Shown here one piece after another: positions 1 to 10,665 of a stretch of DNA of 64,000 nucleotides. The position numbers and the translations under genes were made by a program. The notes under the pieces are model-generated. The model was not told the DNA's origin, made no database searches, and was given only the letters and a program-made list of their open reading frames with translations. The stretch lies in the NCBI GenBank assembly GCA_030141605.1, contig JAQGDQ010000338.1:62001-126000 (forward strand). Direction: 5' to 3'. The number at the start of each line of letters is the position of its first letter. Position 1 is the first letter of the stretch. This DNA is from Tubiluchus corallicola. Its lineage: Eukaryota > Animalia > Priapulida.

Positions 1-448
1 CCTAGCAACTTTTTTAAAAAAATTTTAACTCTGGCGGCGCCCATGACAATCTTATGATTAGCTGAAACTTCGAGTTTATTCATTTGGTGATGTGTATGTC
101 TTTATTAAGAGCCCATAAAACGCGGCTAAATGCACAATATTTCACCTTCGCCTCATTAACTAACTGCTTCTTTGTAGCACTCTACTGCTGACAAGCTAAC
201 ATGATCATGTTATTCGACTTTAAACCCTTCCGTAATCCACACTGGGTAACGTGGGAGTTTTTAGTGTCTCAAGTATCGACTACATCAGCTGATGATTGGG
301 GGGGGGGTCTCTGCCCCGAATCAAGAAATTGTGGATTTTAACACATTAAATAATTCAAGTCAATTTTTATTACAGGCACATAAAACATTTATAGTTAAAA
401 ACAACACAACTCTATGAAAAACTTTTACATTAAAAAGTTAAAATCATG

Positions 449-487
449 CCAAACGTTTCGACTAGCTGCTGCTGTCATCATCAGTGG
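449..487 (-). ncRNA. Minimal type-I hammerhead ribozyme motif (better-preserved copy)
   Basis: Minus strand reads cca-CTGATGA-t-gac-agc-agca-gct-a-gtc-GAAA-c-GTT-tgg: conserved core, stem II (gac/gtc + agc/gct), stem I cca/tgg, palindromic AACGTT in place of stem III. Confidence 0.7.
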
Positions 488-903
488 TAAATTTACAAAC
501 ATACAACCAGTTTATATAGGCAGAGCCTATTATGCACTAATTAAGTAATTAACAGAAGCCAAATGAATAAACAGACCAGTAAAGAAACTGATGAAGTAAG
601 TTAAGCAGTAATTTGCTGTTTAAATCTACGTACCCTAATAAACCTTCTCTTAGTGTACAAAGCAGTTCAATTCCTTTAACTTTATTTTCAAACACGTAGC
701 TATTTGTTACTGTGTCAATTTCTTTTCTATAGGTCTGGTTAATCATTACCTATTTGGCTTTTGTAAATACACAATTAGTGCATAATTTACTGTACAAATT
801 TCTTTACTGGTCTGATTATTCTGACTATTTGGGTTCTGTTAACTACTTAATTAGTGCATAACAGGCTCTGCTTATATAAACTGGCTGTACGTTTGTAAAT
901 TTA

Positions 904-942
904 TCACTGATGACGACAGCAGCAGCTAATCGAAACGTTTGG
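904..942 (+). ncRNA. Minimal type-I hammerhead ribozyme motif (second copy, stem II mismatch)
   Basis: tca-CTGATGA-c-gac-agc-agca-gct-a-atc-GAAA-c-GTT-tgg; stem I keeps pairing through a U-G wobble, stem II has one C-A mismatch. Confidence 0.6.
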
Positions 943-1694
943 CATGATTTTCAGTTTTTAATGTAAACGTTTTTGCTAAAGTTGTGTTGTTTTTAACCAT
1001 AAATAATTCACTATCTTCAGAACATTGTGCTAAGGCTTAATTATTACGAAAGTTCACGCCATACAAAGCGAACATGAGTACGTTTATAAGGCAGTTAGTG
1101 GTAGCGGAAGTTTGAACTAGCGAACATTGGGGGTTAACCTGCTCACAGGTCCTTGAGCCTGACGTACATTCAATGCGATGATGAATGCGTACGACAAGCT
1201 ACAGCAACTATACGACACTTATACAACGATGTAAAACTTTGGTGGTAAGATATGTCACATCGTTTATTATATTGGACTGCCCTAAGGAGCCCATACTGAC
1301 CTTCGCATCTGGTGCTACTTTGTACAGAGACGATTAATTACCACCTGGGTGATTAGTTTTTTGTCGTTTTGTTAAAAAATTGCGCAAAAAACTGGGCCGC
1401 CATGCTGCGACGCACCTACAGGCTGTCTTAAATGGAAAGGGTTGTGCGTGTAGCAGGAGCACGTGTAGAACAAACTCAATACGGGACGCCACCTGTTGAC
1501 ACTGACGAGTTTTGCTGGCTTTGCTAAGAGGACGTGAAAACTTGCAAAAAGTTTGACTGCTGTTATTATGATTCTATAATGCAGGTTTTAACGAGATTAC
1601 TTAACGTTTTAAATTTAAACTCGGTTTTTCCATTAGGTAAATTACGCAGTTGCCTAGGGTGCCAAATACTTGGAGTAATTTTTTAATTCTAAGA

Positions 1695-2305
1695 CAGTAT
1701 GATTTGTCATATACTACCCCATTTTCAAGTCCGATAAAAGTATACATTTTAAAACAATCAATACTGCAACCTTCTGATGCGTTTCTGACAATTAAATATA
1801 AGATTAAAAACTTAATTAAGGATGGGCGAGCCCAACTATTGATGACATCACAAACTAACACAATTTTCAACAGCAAAAATATTCCACGAGCTCGTTGCAC
1901 GTGCTTGCGAAAGCGAAAATTGAAGTACAGTGCTACTGCAAGATATTCAGTGTGTTGTACTAAAACTAGCCAAGTTTTAGGATTAAAATTCAAATTTACC
2001 GCTGTGCTCACGCATGAGCTGTCGAACGTGTGTAGTTCGTCACAAACCAACACATCTGAACTGAAAGGTACAACACCTGTTTTTTGTGCAATGCGTTTCC
2101 GAAATGCAAGCGCTAGTGCCCGTCTAGCTAGCGAATGGCGAAATGCATGTAATAGTGAAGCTCTAGTGGTGCGAACATGAAATTGTATTTGTGTGGTAAT
2201 AATTCTTTCATGTAAGTCATTTTTGAAAAAATAGTATGATTCCTTTCAATATTTTAAAGAGTAGATTGTTTTGACCTACAGTTTAATTTTGGGTCCGGTT
2301 TTGCT
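1695..2305. mobile_element. Dispersed non-autonomous element, copy 1 (TTAA-ended, Kolobok-like)
   Basis: Strongly similar to ~55505-56435; right end ...gggtccggttttgct followed by TTAA; left end not resolved. Confidence 0.65.
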
Positions 2306-2311
2306 TTAAGT

Positions 2312-2385
2312 TTGACAAGGTCGAGAATTGAACTCGCAACCTCCCGACTGGAAAGCGCGAACGTTACCATTGAACTACATTACTC
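2312..2385 (-). pseudogene. tRNA-derived fragment / SINE head (tRNA-Gly-TCC-like)
   Basis: Minus strand has A-box TAGTTCAATGGT, anticodon-like loop TTTCCAG and B-box-like GAGTTCAATTCTC, but no acceptor stem. Confidence 0.5.
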
Positions 2386-3124
2386 GGTTTTAAAACATAT
2401 TACTGTAAATGACAATGTCTAAATTGAAAACTCAAGTGATTCCGTATCTCATTATTTCTTTGTTGAAACCGATATGACTAATTAAGACATCTAATTTTTG
2501 AAATATGATTTAAAATATGAAAAGTTTATTAGGAGGTAAAACTCGAGGCTTCAGTCAGCTCCATGATCTAAAGTTCTAGATTTTTTGCCGTTGAAAAGCT
2601 GTCAATATTCACTTTAACTTGGCTTCGTTTGTGTGCATGGCTTTCGAATACAGCAGTGCGTTTAAATCTTTTTTACTACTTTTGCGGTTTAATTGAAGTG
2701 AAATCGTTTGCATTTGCATGTGGTGATACTTGCATTTGTTCAATTTATTTTTTATTTAATAAATGATTTATTTATTTAAAATCGTTTCGACCAATCCTGG
2801 CGTGGAACTCAGACAGCACTTGCTTGCCTTGATTTGGATTTATTAAAAGTCATAAATTAAAACAATTGTACTTGTATAGAACACTGCAGTCCTTACTCAA
2901 CGATGGTATACAATAAAAGTTTTGCTGCATTCTGTTAGTTTATTACTCAGTCAGTAGATGGCGCTACCGCCAATGTGAAACATCTTCTTTGTTTTTCTGA
3001 AAAGTAAGCGCTAATCCATTGATGAGGAGAAACCATTATAAGCTGATTAATGACATATAAGCTGATTAATGACATGATTCAAAGGGAAGTACACGAAAGG
3101 GCAAAAAAAAACTTCAAACATTAA

Positions 3125-3660
3125 AGCAAAGGCTAAGTCTTCTGGAAAGTCAGGTTTATTTCAATATTCACGAAAAATGTTAGAAGGATTTTGTAATAAA
3201 AGTGTGATAAGCGCCTCGTGTAATTCGTAAAATCACTTTAAATTCGCGATCATTTCACACTTGGTGCTACCAATTTGAAAGCTCATTCTTCCACCAATGA
3301 CGTCATTTCATCTACCAAGAAAATTTGCGCACTGTCAATTTCCGTCAAAGTATACATGTAATAAGTTTTACCAAAAAAACTAATTTTGCGTTTTTTTTGC
3401 ATGAACAATAAGTAAGTTTTAATTAGTTCAAGCAACGCGCTTTCGGAAATCCATGATGTGCTTACGAAAACTCTCGATGTCCACCAGTTACGTCATAATT
3501 TTCAAGTAAATGGCGACTACCACGGCGCCGGAAAATTTATTTCAGCTGTAGTACAAATTAACTTCATGCTTATAGACAGTTTTTTTGCAAATTTCTTTAT
3601 TGTAAGTTTAAGTAATAATAGTAAATTAAACCCAGCATACCAAGTGTCTTGTTCTTTCCT
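3125..3660. mobile_element. TTAA-flanked MITE, Kolobok-like, family A copy 1
   Basis: TTAA at 3121-3124 and 3661-3664; AG...CT termini; reverse-complement copy of near-identical length at 53223-53760. Confidence 0.75.
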
Positions 3661-3664
3661 TTAA

Positions 3665-4414
3665 AGGAAGAACCAACTTTCGAACAACATTTATTGCATT
3701 TTAATGTACAATTAAAAATATTAAAATTACGACACAAAATATGCGTATAGAATGATTTGCTTAAAAATGTACAAAAAATTTCAATATTTCTTATCTCCCA
3801 CCAAACGAATGTTGATGCCAGTGTATTTAAAAAAAATGACGTAAGCTGGTGTCTGCTGGGCAGCGTGAATGCTGTGAAGGCAAGCTGTGATGAAGATACG
3901 CGTTGCAAAATTTCTACAGTTTGCTCAGAAGTTCCGTTATTCTAATGTTGTGTTTAACTGTGTTTATCTAGAAATTAGTCATTCGATCAATTATGATCAA
4001 ATTTAAAGTGGTTACATTGCTTTAAACTACAGGATTACACCTTAAAATTTGTAAATAATTAACATTAAGTATGTAAATAATTAATTTACAGGTTTTTGTT
4101 GACTTTTAGATACGCATGTAAACTTGCCAGCACGTAGTAGGTGCCGGGCTGGTTACTTAGGTTATAGAGTTCGCTGCTCTGTAAGTTCAAAAAAGAGTCT
4201 GAAGCCACCTGGCGGGATAAGTGTTTATATTGCCCAAAAACCGGATGACGTCATTTTTCGTCTAAAATGAGCGCCCAAGCGTAAAGTGATCACGACTTTA
4301 AATTGATTTTACTAATTACACGAGGTGCTTATCACAATTTTATTGCTGAAACTTTCTAACATTTTCCCCAAATATTAAAATAAGCACAACTTCCCGAGAG
4401 ACTTGCCCTTTGCA
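3665..4414. mobile_element. TTAA-flanked MITE, Kolobok-like, related family B
   Basis: Starts aggaagaacc after the TTAA at 3661-3664, ends ccctttgca before TTAA at 4415-4418; last ~150 bp are an inverted homologue of 3125-3280. Confidence 0.65.
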
Positions 4415-4881
4415 TTAACGCGTATTGCGTTAGTAAAGTTGAAAGATATTATAAGCTCGGTAAACTAGCCTCTTTTCTCTTCACCACCGAGCAATGATAT
4501 AAGCGTGGAATGTCTCCAAGTTTCAACTACGACGTTTTTTGCGATTTTCCGTAACTCGGTGTACGCAGGACGATGTTTCGGACAGGTTTTTACTGACAAG
4601 AACATGAATCATTGTCACTATTAGCGGCACTAATGCAGGCGTTTTCTCCCTGCATTAATCATTGTGCTCTATGGTGAGCTGAACATCATTTTTTAAACGC
4701 AGCTTGTAGTCGTGGAGAATTTTGAACCCTGCTAACTGTTATTTGATGACGATCATATCCTTGGCTAGGTGCTTCTTGCCTGCCAGTAGAAATACCTCAG
4801 AAATATCTCTGCACCTAACAGTGGATAGTTGAATACTTGCACTTAAATTTTAACATGTCGATAACGATTTCGTGTATTTAA

Positions 4882-5422
4882 AGGAAAACCGGATGATTGT
4901 GTAAACACGAGTTCAGAATAAAGAATGCTCTAAAATATTGGAAACTACAATAGCTTATTTTAAATCAAAGCTTAGATTAAATAATAATTACCTCGAATAC
5001 TCAAATTTTGTTAAACTTTCAAAGCTACGCGCGGCTCAGTGAATCTACTAAGATTGGCAGCGGTGCCTTTTTGTCACGTGCGCGGCACCGACAAATAGAA
5101 GGCGGTACCGTGATAAGCATGATCATGAACTGCAGTGTTGGTTTCTGACGTCATATGATGTAGACCCCAGTCTTCGTGGCATCACTTGTTTAAGTAACAC
5201 TTACGCAAACGTGCTTGACGTGCAAGGGAAGAAGTCTGCCATTGCACAAACTGTGGTTAGTTTCTGACATATGCCATAGCTGTGTTCGGTTGCCGTTAAT
5301 TAACTTTCTAAGCTAATTATTCAAATATAAGAAACAATTGTTAACTTTTGTAGGCAAGAAAATGTATATTTTGGACAGTAAACTAAAATGAGATTGAGTC
5401 TAAACAATCGTCCAGTTTTCCT
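4882..5422. mobile_element. TTAA-flanked MITE, Kolobok-like, family D copy 1
   Basis: TIRs aggaaaaccggatga / tcgtccagttttcct; TTAA at 4878-4881 and 5423-5426; second copy at 47253-47720. Confidence 0.8.
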
Positions 5423-6194
5423 TTAATTTTTTGTATTTCTGTTGTTTTTTCATATTTCTGGTTGTTTTTCTACTAACTCTGTTACCTACTATTTACAATC
5501 AATGTATTTTTTATATGAAATGTAATACTATGTACGAAATAAATTATTATATACTACCCACATGCAGAGGCGTATCAAGACTTCACGACGTTCTAGACTG
5601 ATAGATCTGTCCCGCGCATCTCTTGTGAATTATGACCAGTTATATAGTCCGCAGACTAAACAATTACTTGTGGTGTATTAATAATACTTTTAACCTAGTT
5701 TCTAAATGATTATTGTTAATTACGTGTATGTGAACAGCAATTATATAGGAGCAGGCTGGGTAACTACCTGTTGTGTACTACCTTGTACTTGTTCCTTATA
5801 TGGCACTTATATACCAACCGGTCTCACTAACTGTTTGTTGTGTGATAAAATGCTTGTTTACATGAATATGAACAGATACACATTTTCCGAGGAGGATAAG
5901 AATTTTTTTAAAATTGGACGTCTAAAATGTGGCGTCCCTCAAACTTTGGCGCCCTGGGCTACACCGATTGGTTAATACGACCCTGCTCACATGTTAAATA
6001 AACGATTACCTAATCAACATGGCAATCTATAAGGTGTCAGAGAAGTATGGAATCACATGTAAATTTGATTGTGGTGGATGTGATATTGATGATGATGATG
6101 ATAATATTTTGGATAGTGATGGCGTTTGAGCTAATATGCCTTGAAGTTTTTTTTTGAAATACAGTAATTAGTGTTTTTTATTTTTTCAGATAAC

Positions 6195-6206
6195 ATGTTT
6201 AAATGA
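6195..6206 (+). promoter_or_regulatory. 3-codon upstream ORF overlapping the RASSF start, just after a 5'UTR splice acceptor
   Basis: ttttttcag acceptor ends at 6189; ATG TTT AAA TGA at 6195-6206 overlaps the main ATG at 6203-6205; an in-frame TAA at 6191 closes the main frame upstream. Confidence 0.45.
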
Positions 6207-8728
6207 GTACCAATGTCGGCATAACCATCTGGTTTGGCGGCAAGGCTAAACACGTGAATGGCGTGACAAAACGTACAACTGTTGACGACATTGCTTACGC
6301 CATATTAAAACGCTGCAAGAAAAGTGACAGTGTGCACACGTATGGCTTATTCGAACAGTGGCGTGACATCGAGAAACACCTGCCCGGTAGGTGTCGCATA
6401 TTAAAACTTTGGAACATTTGGGGAGTGGAACAGAAAAACGTGAAATTCGTCTTGAAGAAGATCTCATCAACTACTTACAGATCTCAGTCAAAGAATAAGA
6501 TGCGTTCAAAGAAGTCGAACATTCGCAAACTTCGGACCAGCAATTCGCTGAAGAACAACTCCCAAACACTGGACGTTGTACGTGTTGACCAGAGACATAG
6601 ACTTGGTGACCAAGCTGATGACGCCAATAAGTTTGTGGATGGTGTTGAAAGTGACAGCGTCTACACTTCTGAAGTCCGGAAACAGCGGAACAGTGCAGAC
6701 AATGCCAAATCGGGTTCTCTTAAACGATCGCATTCAACCACCTGTGCCGACAGGCAGCATCAAACTGATGACGTTGATGTATCCGATTTAACACTAATGA
6801 ACAAGTTGGTTGACAAAATTAACGATCAAGAAGATGAGTTGATAATGCAGAAGGAGAGAATCGATGAAATAGAATCACAAATTGAGGTTCGTGAAAACAA
6901 ACTTCATCAAAGTAGAATCAAGGAAGATGGGAAAAACTACTTGCAAGATACGTATCTAAGCGACTCGACTGACAGCGGGTCTGACTGGAGATCTATCAGC
7001 CACAAAGACATGAGAGAATACTTGCAACATCTTGAAAATATCATGGGTTTAAATGAGCACATTCATAAATATGAAACAGCTGCTAACGACCTGTCTCGTC
7101 AGTTGAGGGAAGAAATTCATAAGTGTTGTTCTCATCAGAATTTGCCCTCGGGCCTTCTCCAACACGAAATGGACCGGTTAAGAGAAGAAATTAGAGATTC
7201 TACCCATGAGCATATACAAAAACAGCAAATTGGCAGGGCGGTGATGGAACATTTTCACCAGTATAATTATGAATTAACACGAAAAAAAGGACATCTGAAA
7301 TATCTGTTACAACAATTGGACCAAGTTGAATCAACTGCTCATGTTGAAAAACCTGTAAATGATTCAAGGTTGCCTTTGTCTGGTAGGATTAGTGATTTTC
7401 CAGAAATGGACACTACAGTTGAATCGGTATCGTCACTCGGCATATTAGAAGAGTTTAGCACGGATGAAACGTGTAGTGAGATTGATACGACAAGCAGCGA
7501 ACTTGCCTTTAGTATTGAACCACAAAAAGATGAATGCAATGAGGCGATAACCGCAGAGAACATACGGAAATGGATTCTGGAGAGCACGTCGTCTAGTTTT
7601 GAATTTGACTTTCCATCTTCGTCATTAGATGCAAAAGAATCGTCATCAAGTGATGGTATCATCAAGAAACTGAGCCAACAATTTTCGCCAGATATATCTC
7701 CCATTGCACCAGAGCGCCAGGATAATGTCACAAATAAACCACCCTTATTATCTAACTTGTTTGTGAATGACAGAAATGAATGTGTAACATCCTTTATGTC
7801 AGGTCCTGCAACAACAGTCCTGCCAGGGACTGAAAAACGTTTGTCTCCTACTGATGAAATAGCAAAATCTTGTGCAAGCCTAGGCGATGATGAACCCAAG
7901 CCTGCATCATCAGCTGAGGCATCTACTAGTCAGTCAACATCAAAAGGTGAAGAAGTCAGATCAAGTTTAGAAAACGAATCCGAGCAAAAGCTTTCTCGCC
8001 AAAGTACAGAAAGTTCTGCAGAGAATGATGTGGAAGAGAAACATTTTGTGGAGAGGCTGTGCAACAATGCTGTTGGTGATAATGCAGTAGCGTTAAAGCA
8101 AAACCAAGAAAAGGAAGAAGTTATTGAACCGCTTGCTGGGAATCATGCATCATGTGAAGATAGGGATCAAGCCAACTTCTTGCTAAATTCCATTGGTGAT
8201 CAGTCAAAAGCTGAAACGTGCGATGAAAAAGAAGACTTTGGCTTCTATTGTGTTTCAAAATTTTACCTGAAACCTGAAAGGACACTTGTGTCACCTAGTG
8301 ACTCTGATAGTGAACCAGAATTAGACATGACGCAAGACACCGTGGAAGGTAAATTATCTGACGGATTTAGTTGTGATACATCCGGTGAGCAAGCAGTTGT
8401 GGACAGCAGCAGCGATGCCGGTCCAGCGTTCATCAGAAATGGCAGCATCCGCCGCAGTTTTAGATCCGGTGAGCCGGATGTCCAAAAGCCACCGAGCATC
8501 AATCAAAAACCTGAGCATGTAATATATTGTACAGAATTTTGTGATCCACTACCTAAGACAGGTACTTACTATTCGTCTGAAGGTAATATGAAAGGTATTG
8601 TGCTCAGAGTTGCCCAGGACGATGTTGTACTCAACCACAATGATGATTCCAACTCTGACGACACTGGGTTGAGTTCCTTGCATAGCAGCGAGGACACCAG
8701 TAGTCTCAGACTAGAAACACTTGTATGA
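6203..8728 (+). CDS. RASSF9/10: N-terminal Ras-association domain family protein, RASSF9/RASSF10-like (841 aa, single coding exon)
   Basis: N-terminal RA domain (ITIWFGGKAKHVNGVTKRTT...EQWRDIEKHLP...ILKLWNIWGVEQKNVKFVLKK), coiled coils with GKNYLQDTYL motif, conserved C-terminal SDDTGLSSLHS and terminal ETLV (class I PDZ-binding-like). Confidence 0.9.
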   Translation: MSTNVGITIWFGGKAKHVNGVTKRTTVDDIAYAILKRCKKSDSVHTYGLFEQWRDIEKHLPGRCRILKLWNIWGVEQKNVKFVLKKISSTTYRSQSKNKMRSKKSNIRKLRTSNSLKNNSQTLDVVRVDQRHRLGDQADDANKFVDGVESDSVYTSEVRKQRNSADNAKSGSLKRSHSTTCADRQHQTDDVDVSDLTLMNKLVDKINDQEDELIMQKERIDEIESQIEVRENKLHQSRIKEDGKNYLQDTYLSDSTDSGSDWRSISHKDMREYLQHLENIMGLNEHIHKYETAANDLSRQLREEIHKCCSHQNLPSGLLQHEMDRLREEIRDSTHEHIQKQQIGRAVMEHFHQYNYELTRKKGHLKYLLQQLDQVESTAHVEKPVNDSRLPLSGRISDFPEMDTTVESVSSLGILEEFSTDETCSEIDTTSSELAFSIEPQKDECNEAITAENIRKWILESTSSSFEFDFPSSSLDAKESSSSDGIIKKLSQQFSPDISPIAPERQDNVTNKPPLLSNLFVNDRNECVTSFMSGPATTVLPGTEKRLSPTDEIAKSCASLGDDEPKPASSAEASTSQSTSKGEEVRSSLENESEQKLSRQSTESSAENDVEEKHFVERLCNNAVGDNAVALKQNQEKEEVIEPLAGNHASCEDRDQANFLLNSIGDQSKAETCDEKEDFGFYCVSKFYLKPERTLVSPSDSDSEPELDMTQDTVEGKLSDGFSCDTSGEQAVVDSSSDAGPAFIRNGSIRRSFRSGEPDVQKPPSINQKPEHVIYCTEFCDPLPKTGTYYSSEGNMKGIVLRVAQDDVVLNHNDDSNSDDTGLSSLHSSEDTSSLRLETLV

Positions 8729-9304
8729 CATACTAAATGACAACGCACTTTCATGACCATGGCAGGCTCAGGTCGATCTTGTGACGTAACGCACTAGAGA
8801 GCAACTGAAGACTTGGCAACTGGCGGCATATGGTACACCGTTAGTTTCGAGTCAGTCAACATAAACAAGCTTGCGATACAACTCAGTTTCAGAGGTCTGC
8901 TCATGTTCTACTCCTGGCATTGTTCGAAGATGATTGTGGTCTGGTCAGAGATTTTCTCATTCGCGTACGCACAGTCATCGTCGACCTGAGCTGTGTTACA
9001 ATTCGCGGGAACTCGTATCTTCCTAGACGCAGGAAGTCAGTCGCAGTCGACCTGAGCGTGTGTCTACGCCTGTTTCCTGTTAGTAATGTTTCGTCGCAGG
9101 TCGACATAAACTTGACTAAAAATTTCTTATTTTCTACTCGCATAGCACCACTTGTCACAGTTGTGGTAAATTCACAAAAGTGTAAATAGTGCATTGGAAA
9201 AATATTTTTTTGTGACGTTTATGATTCTTTCTTGAAAACTCTATTTTGTGAAATTACGGTCAAATCTTTTATATGGTCCACTTTAGGACTGCAAAAATGT
9301 TGGT

Positions 9305-9680
9305 GTTAAGCCCATTTGGCATTATAAAGAGGTGCATTAATACATGCACATCTACTGAAATATAGACATTTTCTTTTCCCAAAAATACGGGCGTTGAGCG
9401 AGGCTGGCATTATTGCAAGGTGCATTAATGCATACATGTCTATGCAAACTTTGACATTTTCTTTTGCTAAAAATATGCGCGTTAAGCGAGGCTGGCATTA
9501 TAACAAGATGCATTAATACATACATGTCTATGCAAACTTTGACATTTTCTTTTGCTAAAAATATGCGCGTTAAGCGAGGCTGGCATTATAACAAGATGCA
9601 TTAATACATACATGTCTATGCAAACTTTGACATTTTCTTTTGCTAAAAATACAGATGTTAAGCGAGGCTGGCATTACAAA
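9305..9680. repeat. Tandem repeat, 88-bp unit, ~4 copies
   Basis: gttaagcgaggctggcatta recurs at 9481 and 9569 with degenerate flanking copies. Confidence 0.85.
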
Positions 9681-10284
9681 GGGGACATTGCAGCGATATT
9701 TGTCTGTAGATTTTATACATGTGATCTATTCTTTCTGTAAATTGTCATTACTGCTATATTAAAGATAGTATTTATTTTCATACCTTACTAATATCGTATA
9801 TTTCTTTGTTAATTTCATCGTTTATAGTCTTACTTTCCTAATTGTATTTTCATTCCAAGTTGAAACGAATACAGTACACTTTGTATATAATATTAATACT
9901 ATGAATTATATATTTCTCTTTATTTGACCCTATATTACAGTACAACGCCATGCACATGTCACACATAAATAATCTGCCTCAAAGACATATAAAAACAGCA
10001 CATCAATAACATTGTTTGTCAAATATGTTAACGCTAACGCAAATTTAATTCACATGCGGAATTATCTTGAACCGGTTTTTGAAGTCAACAGTAACAGAGT
10101 GTAACATACTTATAAAAACGAAACTTATACAAAACTGATTTGGGTATAATAGAGGTTGACGTACGTTGAAAAATGAAGATATAATAAGAATGTGTCAACA
10201 GGTGCCACGCACCAAGCCTGAAACTGTTTTCTTACTCTGAAACATTCTACAATGCAAACTTTGACATTCTGCTTAACAACACAT

Positions 10285-10665
10285 TGACCTTGACACTGAC
10301 CTTGACCTTTAGAAGGTTCATTTACGGGCAAAAGTACTATTTATAACTCACTGCCTTCCGTACAAAGTTAACAAAGCTAAACAAATGAGAGTTATAAGAA
10401 CATGTAACCAGAGTGACCTTGACTTTTAGAAGGGTCATTTACGGGCAAAAAGTACTATTTATAACTCACTGCCTTCCGTACAAAGTTTTAAAAGGTAAAC
10501 AAATGTCAGTTTTAAGAACACGTAACTGGCGTGACCTTGACACTTACCTTGACCCCGAAAAAGGTTCATTTATGGACAAAAGATGTTGTTCATAACTTAA
10601 CACATTCTGTACAAAGTTCTCAAAGTTCGACAAATGTAACTGAGTCTAAGAAGAAGTAACTGGTG
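10285..10665. repeat. Tandem repeat, ~117-130-bp unit, 3 copies, with TGACCTTGAC motifs
   Basis: tcatttacgggcaaaagtactatttataactcactgccttccgtacaaagtt repeated at a 117-bp spacing; third copy diverged. Confidence 0.8.

Larger units (their letters stand above)
387..1004. mobile_element. Inverted pair of Penelope-like pseudo-LTR remnants (arms ~387-590 and ~795-1004)
   Basis: About 200-bp arms are reverse complements (e.g. ttaaaaacaacacaac / gttgtgttgtttttaa; cagaccagtaaagaaa / tttctttactggtctg), each with a hammerhead core. Inverted pLTRs with hammerheads are characteristic of Penelope-like elements. Confidence 0.65.

Noticed and set aside
1601-2180. ORFs of 150 and 176 aa (and homologues at 55322-55832)
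   Set aside because: They lie in a dispersed non-autonomous element, frames are only partly kept between copies, and there is no transposase motif.
2312-2385. Functional tRNA gene
   Set aside because: No acceptor stem pairing; kept only as a tRNA-derived fragment.
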